A stretch of 64,000 nucleotides of DNA, taken from the NCBI RefSeq assembly GCF_023055435.1, contig NW_025963902.1, forward strand, positions 2,539,815 to 2,603,814, written 5' to 3'. The position numbers and the translations under genes were made by a program. This document shows positions 48,907-58,935 of this stretch, in pieces; within the stretch, counting starts at the first letter, position 1, and every line of letters begins with the position of its first letter. The DNA is from Haliotis rufescens (taxonomy: Eukaryota). The notes under the pieces were generated by a model. That model was given only the letters and a program-made list of their open reading frames with translations, was not told the origin of the DNA and did no database searches.

Positions 48907-48994
48907 CGCCCCACACCATAGTGGAACTGTTCTCACAGTGGTTCATGGTTGATAACATATGTGTTACCTTCAGGATGCATAGAGATAGATTCTG

Positions 48995-50250
48995 CTGGCA
49001 ATGTAGTCTGTATGCGTCCGAGAGCGTGACAAAGCTCCACTATTGCTACAACTCTGATCAATACTGACATGTATGTCTCCGAGAGCGTGACAAAGCTCCA
49101 CTATTGCTACAACTCTGATCCATACTGACCTGTATGCGTCCGAGAGCTTGACAAAGCTCCACTACTGCTACAACTCTGATCAATACTGACATGTATGTCT
49201 CCGAGAGCGTGACAAAGCTCCACTATTGCTACAACTCTGATCAATACTGACATGTATGTCTCCGAGAGCGTGACAAAGCTCCACTATTGCTACAACTCTG
49301 ATCAATACTGACATGTATGTCTCCGAGAGCGTGACAAAGCTCCACTATTGCTACAACTCTGATCCATACTGACCTGTATGCGTCCGAGAGCTTGACAAAG
49401 CTCCACTACTGCTACAACTCTGATCAATACTGACATGTATGTCTCCGAGAGCGTGACAAAGCTCCACTATTGCTACAACTCTGATCCATACTGACCTGTA
49501 TGCGTCCGAGAGCTTGACAAAGCTCCACTACTGCTACAACACTGATCAATACTGACATGTATGTCTCCGAGAGCGTGACAAAGCTCCACTATTGCTACAA
49601 CTCTGATCCATACTGACCTGTATGCGTCCGAGAGCTTGACAAAGCTCCACTACTGCTACAACTCTGATCAATACTGACATGTATGTCTCCGAGAGCGTGA
49701 CAAAGCTCCACTATTGCTACAACTCTGATCCATACTGACCTGTATGCGTCTGAGAGCGTGACAAAGCTCCACTACTGCTACAACACTGATCCATACTGAC
49801 CTGTATGCGTCCGAGAGCGTGACAAAGCTCCACTATTGCTACAACACTGATCCATACTGACCTGTATGCGTCCGAGAGCGTGACAAAGCTCCACTATTGC
49901 TACAACTCTGATCCATACTGACCTGTATGCGTCCGAGAGCTTGACAAAGCTCCACTATTGCTACAACACTGATCCATACTGACCTGTATGCGTCCGAGAG
50001 CGTGACAAAGCTCCACTATTGCTACAACACTGATCCATACTGACCTGTATGCGTCCGAGAGCGTGACAAAGCTCCACTATTGCTACAACTCTGATCCATA
50101 CTGACCTGTATGCGTCCGAGAGCGTGACAAAGCTCCACTCCGGCTACAACACTGATCCATACTGACCTGTATGCGTCCGAGAGCGTGACAAAGCTCCACT
50201 ATTGCTACAACTCTGATCCATACTGACCTGTATGCGTCCGACAGCGTCAC
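48995..50250. repeat. Satellite with a 61-bp unit 'tgtatgcgtccgagagcgtgacaaagctccactattgctacaactctgatccatactgacc' and about 20 copies. The first part alternates two unit types (a 122-bp dimer); the later part is homogeneous. Each unit is a copy of the last ~27 nt of ASL exon 50228-50342 plus the first ~34 nt of the following intron, including the GT donor.
   Basis: Period 61 was measured from 49011, 49072 and 49133. On the minus strand each unit reads '…agctttgtcacgctctcggacgcatacag|gtcagtatggatcag…'. The exon end reads '…agctttgtgacgctgtcggacgcatacag|gtcagtatgg'. Confidence 0.95.
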
Positions 50251-50342
50251 AAAGCTGAACTCCTTGGTGGAGTAGAGGATGAGGTCCTCCGCCCAGCGGC
50301 TGAGGTGAGTGCTGAGCAGCGACGCCCAGAACAGAAACTCCA
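50228..50342 (-). CDS. ASL: ASL exon: (V)[37 protein letters not shown](S)
   Basis: Human: [39 protein letters not shown] (the fumarate-lyase signature region). Acceptor 'tgtttcag|tggag', donor 'gcatacag|gtcagtatgg'. 115 nt. Confidence 0.9.
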
Positions 50343-50937
50343 CTGAAACATGGCGGAACAGGAGGCAAACTCAGCAACGGATACAGAGACGCCCCAGCTT
50401 GAGGCAATTAGGAATATCTGGGATAATTGGGTCCTAAATTAGCAATAGTTAATAAAATATTCATGATTGTTCAACTACTTAAAGCCACGAACCCGTGAAG
50501 ATCCGGGATAGAATAGGTCTTCAGCAACCCATGCTTGCCGTAAAAGGCGACTAAGGTGATCAGGCAGTCAGGCTCGCTGACTTGGTTGATGCATGTCATG
50601 GATCCCAATTGCGTAGATCGATGCTCATGATATCAATCACTGGATTGTCTGGTCCAGACTTGATTATTTACAGACCACTGTCATACAGCTAAAATATTTG
50701 AGTGCAGCAAACCAACCACACCAACTTTTAAATCATGAAGTTAACGCATTACAAAGTAAAGATGAGCAACAGCCCCTAGCCTAAAATGAGTCCCGAAATT
50801 ATTGCGAGTAGCCCTATCTTTGAAATTTAAAAAACGACAACACTATTTGTTTGTTTGTTGTTTAATGCTGCCCTCAGCAAAATTACAGCTATTTGACGAC
50901 GGTCTGTAAGTAATCAAGTCTGGACCAGACAACTCAC

Positions 50938-51000
50938 CGACAAAGTCTCGGTCACTGACTGCATCCAAACTGTTTCCTGTCACATCCCCAAGGCCAAGTT
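50938..51000 (-). CDS. ASL: ASL exon: (E)LGLGDVTGNSLDAVSDRDFV
   Basis: Human: [22 protein letters not shown]. Acceptor 'tggtttcag|aacttgg', donor 'tttgtcg|gtgagt'. 63 nt. Confidence 0.9.
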
Positions 51001-51181
51001 CTGAAACCAAAGATCGATTCCATTAACACCACATTCTATATATTCATGCTGAGTTTAATAAAATATGTATTTAGTCTTTTTGTTTGGAACATGGCTAAAC
51101 ATTATTTTTTCACTTCTGCTTCCAGTCAACAAGAAATAAAATGTGTAAAGAATTGACTTCAATACTTTTCGCTTTAATGGA

Positions 51182-51320
51182 GTGATCAAGGTTTTACACC
51201 GCTTTAAGCAACATTCCAGCAATATCACGGTGGGGAACACCAGAAAGGGGCTTCACACATTGTACACATGTCGGGAATCAAACCCGGGTCTTTGGTGTGA
51301 CGAGTGAATGCTTTAACATC
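51182..51320 (-). mobile_element. SINE family 1 copy.
   Basis: 'ccgctttaagcaacattccagcaatatcacggtggggaacaccagaaaggggcttcacacattgtacacatgtcgggaatcaaacccgggtctttggtgtgacgagtgaatgctttaacatctaggctaccccaccgccc' is visible directly. Confidence 0.7.
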
Positions 51321-51434
51321 TAGGCTACCCCACCGCCCATCGATTTCATGGATGCCAAAAAATCACTTGAAATTTATACATTCTTGCCTAAACACCTTTG
51401 AAACATGACACAGAAATAAGAACACTCGTTTTAC

Positions 51435-51487
51435 CTTTAGCAAGGAAGTCTCTGTCAACATCAAACGGATTCCCAGCCAGCGCACCA
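51435..51487 (-). CDS. ASL: ASL exon: (S)GALAGNPFDVDRDFLAK
   Basis: Human: SGAIAGNPLGVDRELLRA. Acceptor 'cttgtttag|tggtgcg', donor 'gctaaag|gtaaaa'. 53 nt. Confidence 0.85.
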
Positions 51488-52087
51488 CTAAACAAGAATA
51501 ACAAGAGAGTGAGACTAGCTTAACACCGCTTTGAACAGTATTTCAGTAATATCACGGCATGACAAAACGGAAATAAGATGTTTACCACCTTGTTGAAATG
51601 CAGCTACACAGGAATGGTGTTGACAAACTTAAAAACGCGATCAGTGTGAATCTGTAAATCAACCCCGCGATCACTGATTTCTCTCATACATAAGGGACAC
51701 AACTCTGTACAGCAAGTTGTTGGGCCTTTGACAACTGGGCCACCTGTGACCTTGAAAAGATTGATATCTCAATACCAGGTAATTATGCGTTAAAAAGACA
51801 AAATTTGAGAGAACAATTTCTAAACTACAAATACACATGTACATTTGTAAAGTGCCTATTTCCCACAATGCATACTCGTAGGCAGGCAATTACTACCCCA
51901 GTCAACAGGTCGCTGGACCTTCAATCTACATTCCAAGGGCCACTGAAAATCAGCACCTGGACAATTATGAATATTTTTAAAATTTTAATATTTTAATCAA
52001 CTGTTTTTATGACATGATTTACTGCTTTTTCAAATGCAAGCCATAAGCATGTGATAACACCTAACATGAATTAGTATATAATAAGGG

Positions 52088-52918
52088 TGAAACGATACAG
52101 CAGTTATATCGCGGCGTGTCAGCTTAATATGGGAGGAAAGCCCGAAGTGATGCAGGCCCCAGAAGTTTACCACTTCGGTGAAACCCACGAGCACAGGTAT
52201 GGTGCCGGCAAACCTAGAAACCTTATCGAGTCGAACCGGGATTCGAACCCATGATCATAGGTTTCTGGCATGCCCAAGGGACACAACTCTGCACAGCAAA
52301 TCGCGGTGCCTTACACGACTGGGCCACCCGTGCCCCCGTTTTTAATATTGAACTTGAAAGGCTAATTACAACACATTTTGCAATATCTGACTGACAACAC
52401 CATTCGGATTTAGGTGTGGGTGGGTGTGTGAATGGGTGTGTGTGTGTGGGTGTGGTTGGGGGTGGGTGTGTGGGTGTGGGTGTGTGGGTGGGGATAGAAA
52501 AGTGTGGTTGTGGATTGGGGCTGGGTTGAAGGTGTGGATGAGTGTGGGGGTAGAGGTGTGGTTCTGGATAGGGGTGGAAGTGGGGGTGTGGATCGGGGTG
52601 GGAGTGGATGGAGGTGTGGGTGGATTGGGGCGGGGTTGAGGGTGTGGATGGGCGTGGGGGTAGAGGTGTGGTTCTGGATAGGGGTGGAAGTGGGGGTGTG
52701 GATCGGGGTGGGGGTGGGTGGAGGTGTTGGTGGGGGTGTGGGTTGGGGTAAAGGTGTTGTTGTGGATGGGGGCAGGGGTGGGGGTCATTAAACAAGTAGT
52801 AAGTAACTTATTTTAGCAAGTATATCAACTTGTATTGATACAGAAAGAAAAATGAATTGTGTATCGCATAGTCACATGAAAACTCACGATGCACCGATGT
52901 ATCAGTTCACCCCTGGTA
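52088..52918 (+). mobile_element. Composite TIR-bearing element of ~830 bp. It has a head 'gggtgaaacgatacagcag', a reverse-oriented tRNA-like module at 52200-52330 ('…gggattcgaacccatgatcataggtttctggcatgcccaagggacacaactctgcacagcaaatcgcggtgccttacacgactgggccacccgtgccc'), a spacer, a (GGGTGTG)n-like G-rich microsatellite at 52395-52790, and a tail 'ccgatgtatcagttcacccc' that is the inverse of the head.
   Basis: The head and tail are 17/20-bp inverted repeats. A shorter copy lies at 37372-37738. Partial tRNA-like modules of the same family lie at 51640-51760 and 53290-53470. ORFs 52223-52795, 52366-52788 and 52424-52791 are low-complexity artefacts. Confidence 0.55.
52395..52790. repeat. G-rich low-complexity microsatellite, (GGGTGTG)n-like, about 400 bp. 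It is C-rich on the ASL sense strand.
   Basis: 'gggtgtgggtgtggttggggg…' is visible directly. Confidence 0.85.
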
Positions 52919-53144
52919 TATAAAATCCCATGATGGTCATAAGAAGTGACAAACAGGATCGGTGGTCAGTGTGTCAATCACTGGATTGTCTGGTCGTGAC
53001 TTGATTATTTACAGACCGATATAATAAAGTTGGAATATTGCAGAGTGCAGCATTAAACAACAAACGCACAAATGATACAAACATATCATCTCCTATTTCA
53101 AACTGCATGCTCTCTTCAGGGGAGACAACTCTGCCAGTACTGAC

Positions 53145-53222
53145 CTGCCAAGGGGCAAAACTGCTGTTCTCTCCCTCAGCTGGTCAAGTCTCTTCAGATC
53201 TCGCTGCAACATCCACCCATAG
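53145..53222 (-). CDS. ASL: ASL exon: (S)YGWMLQRDLKRLDQLRERTAVLPLG(S)
   Basis: Human: [27 protein letters not shown]. Acceptor 'cctgttgtgttcag|ctatggg', donor 'cttggcag|gtcagtactgg'. 78 nt. Confidence 0.85.
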
Positions 53223-54258
53223 CTGAACACAACAGGGACGAAGAAGTGGTCATATAAGTTTAGAGGCTGACTTCTAAGAGAGTTGGATGAGATGACACTT
53301 TGAGGAATATTTCACATTATCGAAGGAAAGCCTGATGTGATATAAGTCTTGGACATTCATCACCTTGTGAAAACCACGAGAAAGAATATGGTGCTGACAA
53401 ACCTTGAAACATAAGCAGAGCGAACCAACGACGATAATTTTCTGGCACCCTAAGGGATGCAACTCTGCCCTATGAACTTGGGTGCTTCAGGTAATAAAGG
53501 GCTCTCGTGCCCTACCCTGATGCTAGAAATAAGGGCTGGGACGAGTCCACATTTACTACCCGGGTACCCACCCCGCTATTACCCGACCCTACCTGGTACC
53601 TGCTGTAGGCCTCAAGAGCTTGGAACATAATGTGTCACTGGGAATTATCTTACATAAGCCCTGGCAAAAACTGAACTTGACTGAAGCTTTATCTTTATTC
53701 AAAAACATAAAAGTCAGAAGGAATGTGTGCATAGTCAGAAAAAATGGGGACATCAGAGTTTTGTAGTGTAACCATGGAGTTACAGTGAGTTTTTGTCATT
53801 AAACAATATATCATGTGACTAACATGAGTCCGAGTTGCAGCTGAGTTACCTGTCCAGCACCTAGCTAAAACAGAACATAATCACAACTTCTACTCATAAA
53901 ATTCTATCAAATGAACGACAGTTTGGAAGGGATTTGCCATCTCCATGACAACAATCATGTACCCATTTGGCATACCAGTACATAAACTAAATGACAAAGT
54001 ATCATTTGATACTTTGACCATGTTTATGTTAATCGAACTGCATAAAAAATATTCCAAAGGGCTTACATATCAGAAACAACATATTTTCAATTTATGCACC
54101 TTTATCGCAAATTACTTAATTTTATAATAACTGTGATAAATGATCAATAAAACTGTTCTCTTTCCCACTGCTATATTCTAACTCAAGCTTATTCTATTAA
54201 ATATTATTTCTTTAGAAACTATTTTTCCAGCCACCGACTCAAACTCACAAAGACTCAC

Positions 54259-54336
54259 CTCAGCAACCAGTGGCTCCATCTGATTGGCTGTGCTCTCTGT
54301 AGGTGTGTGTAACCAGGTAGTAAGATGTCAATTTCT
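54259..54336 (-). CDS. ASL: ASL exon: (S)[25 protein letters not shown](S)
   Basis: Human: (E)[25 protein letters not shown]. Acceptor 'atatttttcag|agaaattgac', donor 'gctgag|gtgagtc'. 78 nt. Confidence 0.85.
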
Positions 54337-54471
54337 CTGAAAAATATTTCAATCAAATTATTGGCAAAGTTCAAAGAAAAAAACATTTGAAGAAAAAGGA
54401 AAGCTGGTATCATTTATTGTGTTTGTGTCAATACAGAAAGCTATCACCACTAACTTCACGGTTGATTTGCA

Positions 54472-55041
54472 ATCTCATTAAAATCAGATCTGAGTTCTCG
54501 CTGCTGCTAAACAAAGATCTAAGGACATCCCATTACGGGTCAAGTCAGAACGACCTTTCGCGAACTTTGACCCATCACTTAAATGACCAACAAGAAGTCT
54601 ACATCAGCCAGTTAGAAAGCACCTTTCTCGAGCTTTATGGCACTCGTTTCAACCTGGTGGCTTCCATTTCAGATTACGCTTGAAAAATATGTTCACACAG
54701 TTCTTGATTAAAATTTTGAAAACTGAACAAACGAACATTCCGGAATGTCTAATATATGGTTGAGATTGTATAGCAATGCTTCCCACATACTGTTCAACAC
54801 CTCCTTCTTTCAAATGTTTATCCCACTGAAGCAAGAGATAGACGATAATTTTGACGAATCAGTCGTACGGGTCGTAACTGTCGTTCAGAATACCCCGTGT
54901 TGACGTTTTCAAGGTTGCATGATTAGAAAACACTTTTCCGCTCTGATTGGTCGGATGAAAGGTCGTTCTGACGTGCCCCGTAATGGGATGTCCTCAGATC
55001 TTTGTTCAGCGATAGCGAGAACTAGGATCTGATTTTAATTG
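54472..55041. mobile_element. MITE-A (copy 2, 570 bp). It has the same ~85-bp TIRs as 40847-41318 and lies in an ASL intron.
   Basis: The left TIR 'cattaaaatcagatctgagttctcgctgctgctaaacaaagatctaaggacatcccattacgggtcaagtcagaacgacctttc' faces the right TIR 'gaaaggtcgttctgacgtgccccgtaatgggatgtcctcagatctttgttcagcgatagcgagaactaggatctgattttaat'. Confidence 0.75.
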
Positions 55042-55431
55042 GGACTGGGTTGATTTGCTGTGTAGTCAAATCAAGACACAGCCTGATTCAAGCAAAAAGG
55101 AAGCCAGCGTATGCTCAGATTAAATCACAAGAACAACCATATGTCTCAGTGAACATGTGCCATAGCTTTACAGTCTCATCTCCTTAATACACTGTTTCTG
55201 TACCAGGCAATGGTAGGGTTCTCAAAAGATATGCCCAGAGCATGACTCATTTGATTTCAGTGATCATTTAGTGTACTAAAAATAGACACACATTAAGTGA
55301 CATTATTGTTTGGCTTGTTTGTTCTGGTTGCTGGAAAACACTACACTCAATAAACAATTGGCAAGTAAATAATCATATCTGGAACTGACAATTCAGTGAA
55401 TTGATATTGTGACTGTAGCGGCCATAAAATT

Positions 55432-55620
55432 TCTGAGTCCCGTGATGGGATTCGAACCACGGTCCTGATGATCAGAGGTCGGACACCTTGTCCATGTGAC
55501 CAAAGAGGTTAACCCCGTCAGCAAGCTGACAAGGTAAGGATGTCATCTGTGGGATGACTCCACGCCCTGCTACATGAGCAACTATGTCATCGGGGTCTGA
55601 AGACACACAATAAACCATGT
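55432..55620 (-). mobile_element. tRNA-derived SINE family 4. The reverse complement contains '…ggaccgtggttcgaatcccatcacgggact'. A second copy lies at 57222-57372.
   Basis: The two copies share 'tttc.gagtcccgt.atgggattcgaac.acgg.cct..tgatc…gatgtcatctgtggga…gccct.cta.a..aac'. Confidence 0.55.
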
Positions 55621-55750
55621 CAGCAAGCTTGACCACTCGATCCATGATCACCTCTTACGACCATCATAGGTTGGTGGGGGCCAATCCAACCTGGATTCCC
55701 CAAATGGGCGACTCGCATTGAGCTGACATTCTCTTCATCAGTGTACTCAC

Positions 55751-55905
55751 GACTTAGCCCTGTTGAGGATGACGCTGATGAAGTCGGTGAGGTAAGTGCG
55801 GAGCTGCAGCTGGGCATCTCTCATCCACAGCCTCATGTCCGTGGCCACCTGGTCATTGCGGCTCCGGCCCGTGTGCAGCTTGCCTCCTGCTGCACCGATC
55901 AACTC
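55751..55905 (-). CDS. ASL: ASL exon: [51 protein letters not shown](S)
   Basis: Human: [53 protein letters not shown]. Acceptor 'gaatgtttcag|gagttgatcgg', donor 'gctaagtc|gtgagtac'. 155 nt. Confidence 0.9.
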
Positions 55906-56470
55906 CTGAAACATTCACACCATCGTCACCTGCACTGATGCAGCTCTTAATTTAGTCATCCTGCTGCATGATCAACTCCTGAAACATTCACACCATCGTC
56001 ACCTGCACTGATGCAGCTCTTAATTTAGTCATCCTGCTGCATGATCAACTCCTGAAACATTCACACCATCGTCACCTGCACTGACGCTTCTCTTAATTTA
56101 GTCATCCTGCTGCATGATCAACTCCTGAAACATTCACACCGGCGTCACCTGCACTGATGCAGCTCTTAATTTAGTCATCCTGCTGCACCGATCAACTCCT
56201 GAAACATTCACACCATCATCCCCTGCACTGACGCTTCTCTTAATTTAGTCATCCTGCTGCATGATCAACTCCTGAAACATTCACACCATCGTCACCTGCA
56301 CTGACGCTTCTCTTAATTTAGTCATCCTGCGGAATGATCAACTCCTGAAACATTCACACAAGCATGTCTATCGTCACCTGCACTGACATGTTTCTTAATT
56401 TAGCTATCTTGTTGCACCGATAAACTCCTGAAGCATTGACAAAACAATGTCCATCGTCTCCTGCACTGAC
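55890..56470. repeat. Tandem array with a ~72-bp unit and about 8 copies. On the minus strand each unit reads 'gagttgatcatgcagcaggatgactaaattaagagctgcatcagtgcaggtgacgatggtgtgaatgtttcag'. That is the intron 3' end (pyrimidine tract plus the AG acceptor) followed by the first ~22 nt of ASL exon 55751-55905.
   Basis: The period was measured from 55891 to 55963 and then recurs. The exon start 'gagttgatcggtgcagcagga' matches the unit start 'gagttgatcatgcagcagga' with 3 mismatches. Confidence 0.9.
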
Positions 56471-56577
56471 GTTTTTCTTAACTTAGACCTTATCCTAATC
56501 CTGATCAACATAGTAAAAAAACATGAACATGTTCTGTTCCAAAAGTTTTTTGTCCCTGAATAACTCTAAATAACAAC

Positions 56578-56661
56578 CTTGAGCCTCCTCTCATTGGCAG
56601 TGTGGATGTCTTCGTCCCCTGGCTTCAACTCAAACTCATCTTTCTGCCACTCCTCCTTAAC
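56578..56661 (-). CDS. ASL: ASL exon: [28 protein letters not shown]
   Basis: Human: [28 protein letters not shown]. Acceptor 'gtgtttgcag|gttaagg', donor 'ctcaag|gttgtta'. 84 nt. Confidence 0.9.
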
Positions 56662-57092
56662 CTGCAAACACATCATAAATTCCTGCGTCAGTGATTAACA
56701 ATGTTCTAGCAACATCAGAGGGCCAAGACAAAAGTGAGTTATCTGCCCATGAATGGAGGTCCTATTTCACACTCAAAACTGGTAGTACATTCTACACTGA
56801 TACCAACCAAAGACCGTCTTTCTCGATGATTTGTCTGAATCTCCATAAATGTCAGACTGCAGTTTACTAGCATTCAAAATGACACTTCAAGCCATATCTC
56901 GCTGTAAATTGTGAACCAGACCATATTTTCTAAAGACTTCTAAATTGCATCCTCAAATGTAAGAACATATGAACTTTACAATTATTAGTAATTTTAAACT
57001 GTTTCCCAGTTTGCCCATCATGGGTGCTTAGCTTAAGATCCTAGATAAATCTCTGAGACACACACCAGAGACCCTTCAGGTTGTAAACGTCA

Positions 57093-57179
57093 CCTTCTCC
57101 AAGCCACCAAGTATGGAGTCCCTCTCGGCTGCCGTCACAATGCCCACCTTCTCCAGTGCCTTCACATACGCCTGACTTC
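57093..57179 (-). CDS. ASL: ASL exon: GSQAYVKALEKVGIVTAAERDSILGGLEK
   Basis: Human: [29 protein letters not shown]. Acceptor 'cattgttccag|ggaagtc', donor 'gagaag|gtgacg'. 87 nt. Confidence 0.9.
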
Positions 57180-57221
57180 CCTGGAACAATGTCAGCAGAT
57201 GGAAAGACCCAAATCACAGTT

Positions 57222-57372
57222 TCGAGTCCCGTTATGGGATTCGAACGACGGACCTTCTGATCCAAGGTTGGTCAACATGAACAAAGAAGTTAATACTGTA
57301 GGCCAGCTGACATGGTAGAGATGTCATCTGTGGGACTTATGATCGTATGATCATGCCCTACTAGACAACATG
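57222..57372 (-). mobile_element. SINE family 4 copy, directly adjacent to a SINE family 2 copy at 57372-57560.
   Basis: See 55432-55620. Confidence 0.5.
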
Positions 57373-57560
57373 TTTGTTTGTTGATGGTTAACGCCGCACT
57401 CGGAAATATTCCAGCTATATGATGGCGATCTGTATAAAATCGAATCTGGACCAGACAATCCAGTGATTGAGCATTGATCCATGCAATTGGGACATGATGA
57501 CATGCATCAACCAAGTCAGCGAGCCTGACCACCTGATCCCGTTAGTCGCCTATTACGGCA
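57372..57560 (-). mobile_element. SINE family 2 copy in minus orientation.
   Basis: 'ttaacgccgcactcggaaatattccagctatatgatggcgatctgtataaaatcgaatctggaccagacaatccagtgattgagcattgatccatgcaattgggacatgatgacatgcatcaaccaagtcagcgagcctgaccacctgatcccgttagtcgcc' is visible directly. Confidence 0.7.
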
Positions 57561-58467
57561 AGCATGACACAACAGAGTAACATATCAAACTATACTCACC
57601 ACCACAAGAAACGCAAAAAAACATATACAGTAAACTACGGTTATAACAAACTCAAAGGGACCACTAATTTTAGTTCGTTATAACTGCAGGTTATAAGCAT
57701 ATACAGCATATCTACAGCAAATGGACGGGACCAAGAAACAGTTTGTTATATCCATCAGTTGGTTATAAGCGTGTTCGATATAAATGTAGTTTACTGTATC
57801 CTGGTTAATATATGAATTACTCATATTCAAGAGACATAAGATTGGTTTCAAGTACAAACGAACATACTGCTTTGTTGTGTGAACTGACGCTCATGAACGC
57901 ATCACATGTGACGTCATAGGCCCATGACTCCAGATGCTCCATTTGTCTCGTGCAGGATTAGCGTGTAAAGTTCGGAAATCACGTGCAACATATTATGAAA
58001 AGTATAAAGACACTCTGCGGTAACACTTGACTGCTTGTTAGTTTTGTCATAAATAGGTACACATTGGAAACATCTCTTCTTAACAAACATACTTCTCTAT
58101 ATGTTTTTATGTTTCGTGAGTATAGTTCTGATTGAAACATACTGTGACAAGTGTATTCAATATTTGTTGAACCAAGGAACCACTCTCGCATGTCTAGGTG
58201 CATGTGTAGTTTAACATGAAGATTTTTCCACTTACAGCAAATTTGAAGTGGTTGTTTCTTATAATTGGTTTTCCTTGGACACAAAATGTAAATAAAACTA
58301 TTTTATAAAAGCAACATTTTAAACAAACAGTTTCAGAAAAAGAATAATACCCTGGCAAAACCAAAATGACACTGACAATCGTGGAAATTTAGTTTCATAT
58401 AAATAAACATATTCAAGCTGCAGGCCTTGTTAATAAGTTTTAATCAGGAAATAACAGATTGAAGTAC

Positions 58468-58575
58468 CTCAATGTCAGCCTTCCACATCCTCTTGTCATA
58501 GGAGATGGAGGCGTTGAACTTCTCCATGATCGGGTCTGTTGCCCCGGTGAACCGGCCACCCCACAGCTTACTTCC
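58468..58575 (-). CDS. ASL: ASL exon (second coding exon): [36 protein letters not shown]
   Basis: Human: (S)[35 protein letters not shown]. Acceptor 'gatccactag|ggaagtaag'; the in-frame codon just upstream is TAG, so the initiator Met must lie in an upstream exon. Donor 'attgag|gtacttc'. 108 nt. Confidence 0.85.
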
Positions 58576-58654
58576 CTAGTGGATCAAACAATGAGAGGAT
58601 ATATACGAATGACCACATGAAACCACAATTATCCAGAGCATGTATCACCACTCT

Positions 58655-58935
58655 GATCAATACCCTAGAGACCTGTGAAGATCAGGGTAGAATAGGTCTT
58701 CAGCAACCCATGCTTGCCGTAAAAGGTGACTATGCTTGTCGTAAGAGGCAACTTAAGGGATCGAGTGGTCAGGATCGCTGACTTGGTTGATGCATGTCAT
58801 CGTATCCCGATTACGTGGAACGATGCTCATGGTGTCAATCACTGGATTGTCTGGTCCAGATTCGATTATTTACAGACTGCGGTCATATAGCTGGAATATT
58901 GCTGAGTGCGGTGTTAAACAACAACCCAACCAACC
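58655..58935 (+). mobile_element. SINE family 2 copy.
   Basis: 'gaagatcagggtagaataggtcttcagcaacccatgcttgccgtaaaaggtgactatgcttgtcgtaagaggcaac…caatcactggattgtctggtccagattcgattatttacagactgcggtcatatagctggaatattgctgagtgcggtgttaaacaacaacccaaccaacc' is visible directly. Confidence 0.7.

Noticed and set aside
52223-52795. The Pro/His/Thr-rich 190-aa minus ORF and the overlapping Gly/Trp-rich + ORFs.
   Set aside because: They are translations of the (GGGTGTG)n/(CACACCC)n microsatellite. This is low-complexity sequence with no protein features.
53145-53160. The donor of ASL exon 53145-53222 ('cag|gtcagtactgg') resembles the donor embedded in the 61-bp satellite ('cag|gtcagtatgg').
   Set aside because: Both are close to the generic donor consensus. 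The 11-nt similarity is likely coincidental and is not evidence that the array derived from this exon.
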